A stretch of DNA of 64,000 nt from Candidatus Woesebacteria bacterium (GTDB lineage Bacteria; Patescibacteriota; Microgenomatia; UBA1406; HO2-37-13b): NCBI GenBank assembly GCA_018062135.1, contig JAGOSW010000001.1:73521-137520 (forward strand), written 5' to 3'. Shown here piece by piece: positions 8,153-16,933 of the stretch. The number at the start of each line of letters is the position of its first letter. Position 1 is the stretch's first letter. Both the position numbers and the translations under genes were made by a program. The notes beneath the pieces are model-generated. The model was not told the DNA's origin. It did not search any database and was given only the letters and a program-made list of their open reading frames with translations.

Positions 8153-8428
8153 ATGGACAGAAGAAAAATAGAAAATATAACTGCTTCTTTGGCGATTCTC
8201 TTGCTCTTTCTCATGACCTTTATCGGGATTCTTCTGATGGGCGATCTTTTCTTTAACTGGGACATCTTTTCTCCAGAGGTAGAAAAACTTATCGGATTCG
8301 CGATGGCCTCTTGTGGCGTCATAATATTCTCTTCGGTGTTAGTTAATGTAATGTTGAATTTAAGTATTATTGCAATAAATTCGGACGATTTCTTGGAAAT
8401 GTATGAGAGAAACCAGCGCAAAAAATAA
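8153..8428 (+). CDS. Small 2-TM membrane protein
   Basis: Two hydrophobic helices. TATAAT at 8140-8145 lies 7 nt before the ATG. Confidence 0.5.
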   Translation: MDRRKIENITASLAILLLFLMTFIGILLMGDLFFNWDIFSPEVEKLIGFAMASCGVIIFSSVLVNVMLNLSIIAINSDDFLEMYERNQRKK

Positions 8429-8954
8429 GCAACTAAATTTTAAAGGAATACTTTCGACTATTTTTCTTCTTGCTGTCTTTATTTTCTTTGCGACAATGCT
8501 GTTTGATGGACTGAATAAGTATAGAGCAGCAAAATTGTATAAAGAATATTCATCAGAGTCTCAGGTATATATGGAAAAAAATAAAGGTGGTCTTACTCAA
8601 ATTTTTGTAGACATGCAAAACACAACATGCGCTTTTACTCCCTGCGGCTCATTCGATAAAGATGAGCTAATGAATTTAATAAGTCATGATCTAAAAGATT
8701 TTAGTTCAACGGCATTCATTGCGACAAATAAAAGTGGCGTGATGATGCTTATGAATCTTTCTGGAGAAAGAGAATTGCTATTTGGAACCGATCCTATGTG
8801 GCAGAAACTTAAAGAATTGTTAGCTGGAACAAGAACAGAGCTTCCTTGGGATGATTACACATATGTTTTTGAAGGGAAAGAAGTTGTTGTGCCTTTTAAG
8901 AATGCTGATGGAAAAGTAATAGGGCTTTTAATGCGCGCTGCGGTCGCTAAGTAG
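8403..8954 (+). CDS. Membrane-anchored hypothetical protein
   Basis: N-terminal TM segment followed by a soluble domain. It overlaps the upstream ORF, which suggests an operon. Confidence 0.5.
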   Translation: MRETSAKNKQLNFKGILSTIFLLAVFIFFATMLFDGLNKYRAAKLYKEYSSESQVYMEKNKGGLTQIFVDMQNTTCAFTPCGSFDKDELMNLISHDLKDFSSTAFIATNKSGVMMLMNLSGERELLFGTDPMWQKLKELLAGTRTELPWDDYTYVFEGKEVVVPFKNADGKVIGLLMRAAVAK

Positions 8955-8973
8955 CCTTACTCACCCTAAACGC

Positions 8974-9008
8974 AAAAAACCCTCCGAATACGATAGTGCA
9001 TCGGAGGG
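8974..9008 (-). terminator. Rho-independent terminator of the RRM gene
   Basis: CCCTCCGA-13 nt-TCGGAGGG. The A-run at 8974-8979 gives a U-tract on the minus strand. Confidence 0.6.
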
Positions 9009-9032
9009 CTCCCTGCAAAATTCTAATGAGTA

Positions 9033-9407
9033 TTACTCACCAAAACCTCGGTCGTTGTCCATATCGTTTCCTCCCATGGAATTACCCATGTCAGAGTTGT
9101 TATCATCACGGTTTCCACCGCGATTATCTCCACCTCCGAAACGATTTTCACGAGGTTGTTGAGGTCGTGCATCACTTACGGTGATTGGACGTCCATCAAA
9201 GTCTTGTCCATTAAATTGGTCTTTAGCTTGATTTGCTTCTTCTTCAGAAGACATTTCAACGAAACCAAATCCTTTTGATTTTCCTGTGTATTTATCGGTT
9301 ATGACTGTTGCTGAGACGACTGTTCCTACTTGTGCAAAATGATTTCTCAATGCATCTTCGGTAGTGCCCCAAGAAAGTCCCCCGACGAATAATTTACTTG
9401 CTGCCAT
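9033..9407 (-). CDS. RRM-domain RNA-binding protein with Gly/Asn/Asp-rich tail
   Basis: RNP2 'LFVGGL' and RNP1 'KGFGFVEM'. Confidence 0.9.
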   Translation of the reverse strand: MAASKLFVGGLSWGTTEDALRNHFAQVGTVVSATVITDKYTGKSKGFGFVEMSSEEEANQAKDQFNGQDFDGRPITVSDARPQQPRENRFGGGDNRGGNRDDNNSDMGNSMGGNDMDNDRGFGE

Positions 9408-9528
9408 TAATCTTTCACCTCTCTTTCTGAAAAACGTGTGTATTTCTGTCGATCAATGCAATATTCATTTGTGGGGAATTATGATTGTCTTTTAAACAGA
9501 AGAACATATATTTAACACGTATATAGAT

Positions 9529-9556
9529 ATTATATCTGGGAAATAAGAAGTGTCAA
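9529..9556 (-). promoter_or_regulatory. Sigma70-type promoter TTGACA-16-TATAAT for the RRM gene, with a 5' UTR of about 110 nt
   Basis: Minus-strand TTGACA at 9556-9551 and TATAAT at 9534-9529. Confidence 0.6.
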
Positions 9557-9565
9557 GAGAAGAGT

Positions 9566-9607
9566 GAGATCGTCCCCCCGGCTTGTCGCCGGGGGGACGG
9601 TGATCTC
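9566..9607 (-). terminator. Long GC hairpin downstream of the GC-rich 165-aa ORF
   Basis: GAGATC-GTCCCCCCGGC-ttgtc-GCCGGGGGGAC-ggt-GATCTC. Confidence 0.6.
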
Positions 9608-9631
9608 GCACCGAACAGATGGTGGTGGCCG

Positions 9632-10129
9632 TCAGGCCGCCATGGGCGTCGAGTTCGGCAGGAACAACGGCGCGTCCTCGTCCGCGATCACGGCCTCGCT
9701 GTTGACGAAGCAGATGGCGCGACAGGACTCGATCGACGCGGCGCCGATGACTTCGTCCCAGGCCGAGGGCAGTCCGCTGACGCCACACGCCAAACGATGT
9801 CGGAAGACCCCGCCTGAGTACAAGACGTCTCCGTCCATGAGTAGGTGCGGGTAGAACCGCACGAGCTCGCGGGTGTCGCACTGCTCGCGCCAGGCCTCGA
9901 AGGCCTTCTGACGAGCGATCTCGACGTACTCCTTGCCCTCCGGGATCGCGCCGACGGTGACCTCGAAGAGGATGCGCGGCTCGAAGAGGGGCGAGGAAGG
10001 GTCGATCAGGACGACGTGGATGGCCTCCCGGCCTCCGGTCAAGTTGTTGGCCACGAAGCTGTCCAGCAGTGGCTGCGCCACGAGCCGAACGGCCTCCTCG
10101 GCCTGCTCCCTGTACAGGAAATGGGTCAT
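9632..10129 (-). CDS. GC-rich ORF, GlcG/HbpS (DUF336)-like putative haem-binding protein
   Basis: The segment 'GGVFRHRLACGVSGLPSAWDEVIGAASI' resembles the GlcG core 'GG.....GA.GVSG....QD...A'. Line 9661-9720 has 40/60 G+C. Confidence 0.6.
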   Translation of the reverse strand: MTHFLYREQAEEAVRLVAQPLLDSFVANNLTGGREAIHVVLIDPSSPLFEPRILFEVTVGAIPEGKEYVEIARQKAFEAWREQCDTRELVRFYPHLLMDGDVLYSGGVFRHRLACGVSGLPSAWDEVIGAASIESCRAICFVNSEAVIADEDAPLFLPNSTPMAA

Positions 10130-10246
10130 CGGTTTTTGCCTGTGCCTTTCTGTCTAGTGATTGTGAGGTGCGAGAAACAAGCCACTATTATACCTCAAAA
10201 GTTCAAGGAAATCAATATTATAGGACGTGTATGAGCTCAAGGTCAA
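10130..10246 (-). promoter_or_regulatory. Two candidate promoters and a leader for the 165-aa ORF
   Basis: Minus-strand TTGACC (10246-10241), 18 nt, TATAAT (10222-10217). A second GGTATAAT has its -10 at 10192-10187. GAAAGG lies upstream of the ATG. Confidence 0.5.
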
Positions 10247-10340
10247 TCCAGTTTGAGCATCGTGTAAAACTTCCTACACGTTTTATACCCATAATGGGCC
10301 ATATAGTGGGTCAATTTTTGCAAGGAGTTTCAAAGTGTAG

Positions 10341-10547
10341 TTAAGGAGTTGCTGAGAATAGAAGTGAGCCGCGGCGGTTGCCTGCCTCAACCTCAGCGCC
10401 AGGGGCATTGAGTCCGGCCTGGGCCGTCTCGACGGCATCGTCGAGCATCTCGTCAGGGTCCGTCAGCGGTTCATTCCCCGCAGCGGAAATTGCGGCAAAG
10501 AGTTCGTCAATCTCTGCTACGATAAGGCGTCTTCTTCGTCCGGGCAT
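10341..10547 (-). CDS. GC-rich ORF, small acidic protein (68 aa)
   Basis: Line 10381-10440 has 42/60 G+C. The product is Asp/Glu/Ala-rich after an N-terminal RRRR. No motif recognised. Confidence 0.5.
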   Translation of the reverse strand: MPGRRRRLIVAEIDELFAAISAAGNEPLTDPDEMLDDAVETAQAGLNAPGAEVEAGNRRGSLLFSATP

Positions 10548-10584
10548 GTCGCTCTACTTTCTACTGAAAACGACCGAATATCAG

Positions 10585-10598
10585 GTTACTATTGTAAC
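10585..10598. promoter_or_regulatory. Palindrome GTTAC-tatt-GTAAC overlapping the TACAAT -10 (10591-10596, minus) of the 68-aa ORF
   Basis: Inverted repeat read directly from the sequence. It sits between divergent promoters. Confidence 0.35.
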
Positions 10599-10631
10599 AC
10601 GGAGGTCTTTGAGGTGAGTATAATAAGATTT

Positions 10632-10754
10632 ATGGAGATCTTCGGTAAAAAGTACGACATTGGTTCGATCCTCGCACTTCTCATCATTATCCCCTTCGCA
10701 TTAGTCGCATTAGCATACGCCATCTTGTTTATTATTTTTTCTCTTGCTTTATAA
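10632..10754 (+). CDS. Leaderless 40-aa hydrophobic peptide, not in the ORF track
   Basis: TATAAT at 10619-10624 lies 7 nt before the ATG. The product is MEIFGKKYDIGSILALLIIIPFALVALAYAILFIIFSLAL. Confidence 0.35.
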   Translation: MEIFGKKYDIGSILALLIIIPFALVALAYAILFIIFSLAL

Positions 10755-10762
10755 TAACCACT

Positions 10763-11167
10763 ATGGACGATACAACGATGAATGAAGAAGAATTGAAGCA
10801 AAAATTAACTCCCGAAGAATATCACGTTTTGCGCGAGAAAGGTACAGAAGCTCCCTTTTCAGGCGAACTTGACACAGAATTTCGTGACGGCATGTATTTT
10901 TGTAAAGTGTGTGGATCAGAACTATTTTCATCAGAAACAAAATATGACGCAGGATGCGGATGGCCAAGTTTTTACGATGCTGTGAGCAAGGGAAATGTGA
11001 ATCTTTTAGAAGATAAAGCTCATGGCATGATACGAACAGAAGTGCAATGTAAAAATTGCAGCTCACATCTTGGACATGTGTTTCCAGACGGCCCAGAACC
11101 TTCAGGAAATAGATTTTGTATAAACTCCGTATCTTTGCAGTTTAAACCCTCAGAAAAAAATGGATAA
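10763..11167 (+). CDS. msrB: Peptide-methionine (R)-S-oxide reductase
   Basis: Two CxxC pairs, 'CKVCGSELF' and 'CKNCSSHLGHVF', plus 'RFCINS'. Confidence 0.95.
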   Translation: MDDTTMNEEELKQKLTPEEYHVLREKGTEAPFSGELDTEFRDGMYFCKVCGSELFSSETKYDAGCGWPSFYDAVSKGNVNLLEDKAHGMIRTEVQCKNCSSHLGHVFPDGPEPSGNRFCINSVSLQFKPSEKNG

Positions 11168-12413
11168 AGCAGGCGTACAACGCATTATTCAATCTTTAAA
11201 TTTTGATCAAGCCCATCGTAAAGAAGTCTTTTCGACACTTGAACCAATCGATCAGGCAGAAGTTGCGGACCATCTTTCTCGACACGTAATTAAAGACATC
11301 TTGTCCCAGCTTGACGATGAAGTCCTCATAAGTTTTATTGAGTACTACGATGTTAATGAGGCAACTGATCTCTTGAAATTAGTTTCTAAAGAGAAGCAAA
11401 AACGCATTGTCGGAAAGCTCCAAGATAATCTTCGAACCACCGTCGAAAATCTTTTGGAATTCGATCCACAAACTGCTGCAGGGCTTATGAATCTTGATTA
11501 TATTATTGTGGAAAAAAGGGATACGATTGCAGAAGTTGCTAAAAAGTTTAGTATTCATGAAAAGCGAACTGGACGATCGCCAGCGATTATTGTGTATCAG
11601 GATGGAAGGGTAGAAGGATATATCCCCGGTCATCAACTAGGATTTGGTAAAAAAAATGAGCTAGTTGACAAGTTTGTTAAGCGCCTCCCAACAGTAAATC
11701 AGTCTGCAAGCCATCACGAAGTTGTAGATCTTTTTAAAGCCCACCCACATTCTAAAGTCGTGGTGTTAAATCATGAAGGAAGCGTATTGGGAATAATCTA
11801 TTCTGATGATATTTTGCGCTTAATGCATGAAGAAGAATCATCTTCGCTATATGATTTCGCGGGTATTAGTGACGAAGAAAGCATTATCGACTCTGGTCTT
11901 ACTAAGGCACGATTGCGATATAAATGGCTGATTATTAACCTTGGAACGGCATTTTTAGCATCGTATGTGGTCGGTCGCTTTGAGGGGACTATTTCGAAAA
12001 ATGTATTACTCGCCGTATATATGCCAATCGTTGCGGGTATGGGAGGAAATTCGGCTACACAAACACTCGCTGTATTAGTTCGCGGGATTTCATTGCGTCA
12101 GATCGAGCTTTCAACCGCCTTACCTACACTAAAAAATGAACTTACTTCAGCACTTATAAATGGGGCGATTAACGGAGTATTAGTAGCGGGAGTAGTCATC
12201 TTGGTTAATAGAGATTATAAAATCGCTTTCATTCTTGCGATGGCGATGATAATTAATCTTCTTGTCGCAGCTTTCTTTGGAACGTTGGTACCGCTAATCA
12301 TGAAGAAGCTTGGGAAGGATCCTGCGTCGTCAGCTACAATCTTTATTACAACTGCTACGGATGTGTTGGGGTTTCTCGTATTCCTCGGTCTTGCGACGTT
12401 TATATTAATGTAA
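11160..12413 (+). CDS. mgtE: Magnesium transporter MgtE
   Basis: MgtE N-domain, a CBS pair and a C-terminal 5-TM region containing 'GMGGNSATQTLAVLVRG'. Confidence 0.95.
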   Translation: MDKAGVQRIIQSLNFDQAHRKEVFSTLEPIDQAEVADHLSRHVIKDILSQLDDEVLISFIEYYDVNEATDLLKLVSKEKQKRIVGKLQDNLRTTVENLLEFDPQTAAGLMNLDYIIVEKRDTIAEVAKKFSIHEKRTGRSPAIIVYQDGRVEGYIPGHQLGFGKKNELVDKFVKRLPTVNQSASHHEVVDLFKAHPHSKVVVLNHEGSVLGIIYSDDILRLMHEEESSSLYDFAGISDEESIIDSGLTKARLRYKWLIINLGTAFLASYVVGRFEGTISKNVLLAVYMPIVAGMGGNSATQTLAVLVRGISLRQIELSTALPTLKNELTSALINGAINGVLVAGVVILVNRDYKIAFILAMAMIINLLVAAFFGTLVPLIMKKLGKDPASSATIFITTATDVLGFLVFLGLATFILM

Positions 12414-12419
12414 CGGAGC

Positions 12420-12833
12420 TTATTGAAGTGCGTCAAAGTCTGTGAGAATTTCTTCAGCATGTTGATCTGGCGTTACTTTTGGATATTCTTTAACTATATT
12501 GCCTTGCGGGTCAATTAAAAAGCTCTTTCTTTCACCCCAGGCGTTGTACGCCTGGATTGTTGTCTTCTCAGGATCACTCAGTAAAGTAAAAGGAAGCTCA
12601 AATTTATCGGCAAACTTTCTATGCGACGTAACAGTATCTTTTGAAATGCCGACCACCTTTATACCGCGTTTCGCGAATTCGCTCGACATGTCGCGAAACG
12701 CACATGCTTCTTTTGTACAACCGGGAGTGTCGTCTTTTGGATAAAAATAGACGAGGAGCCAAGAACCTGCATAGTCCGAGAGCGTATGGATAACGTTATC
12801 TTGGTCAAGGAGTTCGAAGTTAGGTGCTTTCAC
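12420..12833 (-). CDS. bcp: Thiol peroxidase / peroxiredoxin Bcp
   Basis: 'FYPKDDTPGCTKEAC' peroxidatic Cys motif. Confidence 0.9.
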   Translation of the reverse strand: MKAPNFELLDQDNVIHTLSDYAGSWLLVYFYPKDDTPGCTKEACAFRDMSSEFAKRGIKVVGISKDTVTSHRKFADKFELPFTLLSDPEKTTIQAYNAWGERKSFLIDPQGNIVKEYPKVTPDQHAEEILTDFDALQ

Positions 12834-12862
12834 AAATCTATTATATAATAGACCAACTATTT

Positions 12863-13444
12863 ATGAACACGAGCGAAAAAGCTTTATTTGAAGGTCTTTT
12901 ACGTAGAGATGAGGCTATTTTTAGATCGTTTTATGAAGCAACTCGTGTACCTCTACATAAGTATCTTCAAAAATATTTGGATCAAGATGATGCGGAAGAA
13001 GTTCTCCACGACACGTACATTGCATTTATTGAAGGTCTTCGCAATTTTCGAGGTCAGTCTACGTTAAAAACATACATTTATTCGATTGGAAAACGTAAGG
13101 CGATTGATAAGTTGCGACGCAGAAAAGTTAAAAAAATTCTTTTTGCCTATCTCCCCGACAGTTTTATCGACTCAATTGCGAAGGTTTTTCTTAAAGATGA
13201 TATTGATAAAAAATTTCTCGCGTACCGTATTGAAAAAATACTTAATAGACTTCCGCATGATTATGCACTCATACTAAGACTAAAGTACAAAGAAGACTAT
13301 TCGGTGGTTGAAATTGCGAAAAAAATTAATGTTTCGTTTAAAACTGCTGAAAGTTTGCTTTATCGCGCCCGCAAGGCCTTTATAAAAGAATATAATATCA
13401 ATGAGCGACAAACTGTACTCACAATTAAGGAAGCACTACGATGA
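12863..13444 (+). CDS. ECF-type RNA polymerase sigma factor
   Basis: Sigma region 2 ('DAEEVLHDTYIAF') and region 4 HTH ('YSVVEIAKKINVSFKTAESLLYRARK'). The internal ATG at 12863 is preferred because it avoids overlap with bcp. Confidence 0.85.
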   Translation: MNTSEKALFEGLLRRDEAIFRSFYEATRVPLHKYLQKYLDQDDAEEVLHDTYIAFIEGLRNFRGQSTLKTYIYSIGKRKAIDKLRRRKVKKILFAYLPDSFIDSIAKVFLKDDIDKKFLAYRIEKILNRLPHDYALILRLKYKEDYSVVEIAKKINVSFKTAESLLYRARKAFIKEYNINERQTVLTIKEALR

Positions 13445-13637
13445 CGCTTTGGCTTTGGAGCCAACTCAATTTAAAAATCCTTTTCTCACGCACATCTACA
13501 AAATAGTCAGTCGTTATGTAAAGCATATGCCTTTTCGCGTGCTTGTTCCTCTATCAGTCATACTCTCATTTATGCTCTATAGCGTCTTTGGCCTCTTTAT
13601 CATTCGTGTCGTTTCCGTCTTCCAGCACGGTTTTTAA
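13401..13637 (+). CDS. Single-TM protein, candidate anti-sigma factor
   Basis: It overlaps the 3' end of the sigma gene and has one C-terminal TM helix. Confidence 0.4.
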   Translation: MSDKLYSQLRKHYDDALALEPTQFKNPFLTHIYKIVSRYVKHMPFRVLVPLSVILSFMLYSVFGLFIIRVVSVFQHGF

Positions 13638-13639
13638 CT

Positions 13640-14272
13640 ATGGAAAAAATACTCATTAGTATTATTGCCTCGACTATTCTTTTATTTCGTAATGTCTTTA
13701 GAGTTTTTAAAGATCCTTATACTGCGATGCGTGATATTGCTAGAGAAAAAGACATGCTTCAGGTAGTGTTTGTCTTGGTGATTTGCTGCGGATACTTCGC
13801 GTACGCGGCAAGTATTCGTCACCAAACACTGAATCCATTTATTGTGACTACTTCTGCGATGGCCTCATCAATTGGTTTTCTTGTAACCTTTGGATTGTCG
13901 GTCGCGTTTTTATATGTGTCGGGTCGCATGTTTCATGTGCCGCAAAAGAATGTCATTCGTAGCTTATGTAGCCTCTCAGCATACTCACTCATACCAACGC
14001 TCTTGTGGTTTTATGCTACCTCAACGCTTTTCTTACTTTTGCCACCACCGCGCCAATTGACGGCAATGGGTACTTTTTTCAGCATTGTATTCGTTACGTA
14101 CTCTCTAATTTTGCTTAATTGGCGCTTTATGTTGCTCTATATTACGATACGTTTTTCATTAAGAACATCATTTTCTACTACGATGAAAATCGCTACACTC
14201 TATCTTTTATTGATGATGCCTTACTCAATGTTGCTTTATAAAATTGGACTTTTCCGTGTCCCGTTCATCTAA
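13640..14272 (+). CDS. Polytopic membrane protein (Yip1-like topology)
   Basis: Five hydrophobic helices, in the operon with the sigma gene. Confidence 0.45.
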   Translation: MEKILISIIASTILLFRNVFRVFKDPYTAMRDIAREKDMLQVVFVLVICCGYFAYAASIRHQTLNPFIVTTSAMASSIGFLVTFGLSVAFLYVSGRMFHVPQKNVIRSLCSLSAYSLIPTLLWFYATSTLFLLLPPPRQLTAMGTFFSIVFVTYSLILLNWRFMLLYITIRFSLRTSFSTTMKIATLYLLLMMPYSMLLYKIGLFRVPFI

Positions 14273-14276
14273 AATT

Positions 14277-14999
14277 ATGAATTTGCAGTATTCGGCACCA
14301 GTCGGCATTATTTTACTCGGCGAAGCCGGGATTTTGTATGGCAAACCGGCATTAGGATCGGCACTTAACGCACAAGTTGTCGGGGCCACATCCTCACAGG
14401 ACCAGGTCCTAAAAGGATCGTGCCGTTTTTATGACATAGCCATGGAAAGCGTCTTGGACTCACTTAAAACACCGCAACCCAAAGGCCCAAAGCCAAAAGT
14501 ATCAATTGAATTGCCTCGAGGCATTCCAGAAGATTTCGAAGGGCTCGAGGCGGCAGAAATAGTCGTCACCTCAGCAATACTCTATCAATGGGTGACGAAA
14601 AAACAAGGCCCGCAGGAGGAAATTAACAATATTGCGTTTCGTGCGCATAAAAAAGTTCATCCGAAGGCATCGGGACTTTATACCTCACTTTCTTCTTTGG
14701 GGGGCCTCATTTACTATCGAAAAGAGTTTGAATTCTTAAAAGGTATTTATAAGCTTCCTTACAAAATTCCTGAAAATATCGAAAAGGAGCTCTACATAAG
14801 CTTTTCTAAAGTAGACGACGTGTATAATATAAAACCTAAGAAAGCTGATGCCATATTGTCAGAACAAGAAAAACACACGAAGCGTGCTGTTGTCGCAATT
14901 ATCAAAGAAGATGCAAAGTTATTTTTCGATCAATTGGAAGCAATGAATAAGAAAAACTACAAATTTAGCCAGTCTTTTGACGGTGTCATTAAATTGTAA
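14277..14999 (+). CDS. GHMP-kinase-like protein with degenerate ATP-binding motif
   Basis: Motif I-like 'PVGIILLGEAGILYGKPAL'. Motif II reads 'PRGIPEDFEGLEAAE' instead of PxGSGLGSSAA. 'SSLGGLIYY' is motif III-like. Confidence 0.4.
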   Translation: MNLQYSAPVGIILLGEAGILYGKPALGSALNAQVVGATSSQDQVLKGSCRFYDIAMESVLDSLKTPQPKGPKPKVSIELPRGIPEDFEGLEAAEIVVTSAILYQWVTKKQGPQEEINNIAFRAHKKVHPKASGLYTSLSSLGGLIYYRKEFEFLKGIYKLPYKIPENIEKELYISFSKVDDVYNIKPKKADAILSEQEKHTKRAVVAIIKEDAKLFFDQLEAMNKKNYKFSQSFDGVIKL

Positions 15000-15643
15000 T
15001 GTCAGCAGAAGCCCCATTGATCGACCCAGAAAAACCCTCGATTATTAACCAAGGAGTTATCGCAATTATTTTGCGCCCTTCCGATACTCAAGCTGGCGCT
15101 TATGAATACTATCTCTTAGATCATAATCATTACACACATAATGATGACGGAACACCTAAAACTATTCATGCTGGTGTGGGTCTTCTTAGTGAAACTATGC
15201 AATCTGGTGAAGACCATGGAGACTATTTATCAATAATGGCTCGTGGGTACGTCGAAGAGATTATGGGCATTGCCCTTAGTAAAAGACCGAGCGATGATGA
15301 ACTTGCTAGATTTGCAAGTTACGTTCAACTAGCCCGCAAAAGTATGGAAGAAAATTTAAGAGAAATTGGTAATTTTAATCACGATTTTAACTATCATAAC
15401 CGTGATGTATACCTTAGTGAACCAAACACTCGTGGACACATTCATGTATTTGTTGACGATAATAGGATTATGGACGTTGGCGAGATCAATAAAGAAGAAG
15501 TTGAATTTGCAGGTCATCTAGGAAGTGGAGATTTAGACCATCCATACATTCATTATCGTTCAGGTTATGATACAAAGCTATTACTACAGTCACCCGAATT
15601 AGAAGATATTTTGCGCGCAAATGATATTACAATTGGAGAATGA
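14999..15643 (+). CDS. Hypothetical protein with a divergent Nudix-like box
   Basis: 'GVGLLSE...(insertion)...RGYVEEIMGI' approximates Gx5Ex7REUxEExGU with a 9-residue insertion. Confidence 0.3.
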   Translation: MSAEAPLIDPEKPSIINQGVIAIILRPSDTQAGAYEYYLLDHNHYTHNDDGTPKTIHAGVGLLSETMQSGEDHGDYLSIMARGYVEEIMGIALSKRPSDDELARFASYVQLARKSMEENLREIGNFNHDFNYHNRDVYLSEPNTRGHIHVFVDDNRIMDVGEINKEEVEFAGHLGSGDLDHPYIHYRSGYDTKLLLQSPELEDILRANDITIGE

Positions 15644-15692
15644 TCGCATAAAAAAAGGCGACTAATACAGTATTGATTTTTTCGATATTTTT

Positions 15693-16499
15693 ATGGCAAA
15701 ACGACTCGTCTGTCTTAAGCTCGGAGGAAGCCTCATAACTGATAAAGCAAAGCCAATGGAGGCAAAGCTGAATGTTATTGAGACACTCGCTAATCAAATC
15801 GCAACCGCATTAAAAAAGGATCCTGATCTTCAAATAATTATTGGCAATGGTGCCGGCTCCTTTGGCCATTATGCCGTCATCACACATCATATGCAAAATG
15901 GCCTAAATGAGCCAGGAAAAAATATGGGTTATGCGTTGGTCCAACAAGCTGTTGCAAAGCTCAATAGATGTATAGTTGATGCGCTTCTAAAGGCAGGAGT
16001 TCCCGCAGTTTCTTATCAACCTTCGGCAACCCTTCTCGGAAAAGATGGCGCAATAAAAAACTTTCCCCTAGAATTTCTTGAAGAAGCTCTGGCGCACAAC
16101 ATTATTCCCGTCATGTACGGTGACATTATTTTTGATAAAGAAAAAGGTTCGATGATCGCCTCAACGGAGTTGCTTATTGGCGCCGCCGCAGCAGCTCTCA
16201 CGAAAAAAGGATATAAAATACATAAAGTAATTCATAACGGCGTTACGCAAGGTGTTCTTGATGCAAAGCAAAATGTGATCTCACGTATAACCAGGAAAAA
16301 TCTCGAGGATGTTAAGAAATTAATCTATGCAACAGACGGTTTCGATGTTACGGGTGGTATGTTGCACAAAATTGAAGAATCGCTCGTTCTTGCAGATCAA
16401 GGTATCCCTTCAATGATCATTAACGGAGTTTCAGAAAAAGATCTTCTTATGAAAGCCCTCCTAGACAAAGAGGTAAAAGGAACGCGCATCACTGCTTAA
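15693..16499 (+). CDS. Isopentenyl phosphate kinase (amino-acid-kinase fold)
   Basis: 'LKLGGSLITDK' and 'GNGAGSFGH' match the IPK signature. Confidence 0.75.
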   Translation: MAKRLVCLKLGGSLITDKAKPMEAKLNVIETLANQIATALKKDPDLQIIIGNGAGSFGHYAVITHHMQNGLNEPGKNMGYALVQQAVAKLNRCIVDALLKAGVPAVSYQPSATLLGKDGAIKNFPLEFLEEALAHNIIPVMYGDIIFDKEKGSMIASTELLIGAAAAALTKKGYKIHKVIHNGVTQGVLDAKQNVISRITRKNLEDVKKLIYATDGFDVTGGMLHKIEESLVLADQGIPSMIINGVSEKDLLMKALLDKEVKGTRITA

Positions 16500-16933
16500 T
16501 TGATTGGTTGAATTGATGCGCCTGGGTCATTTCCTCCTCCCGGATTAGAACCTCCAGGATTTGTACTACTACCACTATTTATTGATGGGATTTTAAATTG
16601 AAATCCACCGTTTTCAAATTTAATGGTCCCGAGGACGTTTGATGCAATGAAAGCCCAAATAGTAAGTGCGGCTACCATTATAAGAATGCCGATAATAGCA
16701 TTTAGAATTTTTCCCTGAGCTGCTGATATCTTTTCGCTATCTCCTCCAGAAGTAATCCAGTCAAGACCACCCCAAATAAGCTGAACAGCCAATATTATTC
16801 CAGCGATAGCAAAAATAAAGTTTAGACCAAAAGAAACGAGCCTTGTTATAGTTTCTGGTACTGTACCTGTATTAATTCCAGCTGGTCCTGGAGCCTTGAT
16901 TGGTTCGCCAAAAATATCATCGATACTACTCAT
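16496..16933 (-). CDS. TrbC/VirB2-like (T4SS-pilin-type) small membrane protein
   Basis: Two TM helices flank 'WGGLDWITSGGDSEKISAAQGKILNAIIGILI'. The tail is Gly/Asn/Pro-rich. Confidence 0.6.
   Translation of the reverse strand: MSSIDDIFGEPIKAPGPAGINTGTVPETITRLVSFGLNFIFAIAGIILAVQLIWGGLDWITSGGDSEKISAAQGKILNAIIGILIMVAALTIWAFIASNVLGTIKFENGGFQFKIPSINSGSSTNPGGSNPGGGNDPGASIQPIN

Noticed and set aside
9492-10617. Track ORFs 9492-9881(-), 9564-9854(+), 9845-10234(+), 9933-10157(+), 10069-10344(+) and 10378-10617(+)
   Set aside because: They are Arg/Ala/Gly/Ser-rich alternative-frame artefacts of the two GC-rich genes. They cross obvious promoter and terminator elements.
10655-10675. GGTTCGATCC T-loop-like strings here and GGTTCGA at 24796-24802, considered as possible tRNA fragments
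   Set aside because: Flanking bases do not form T-stems or acceptor stems, so no cloverleaf can be drawn.
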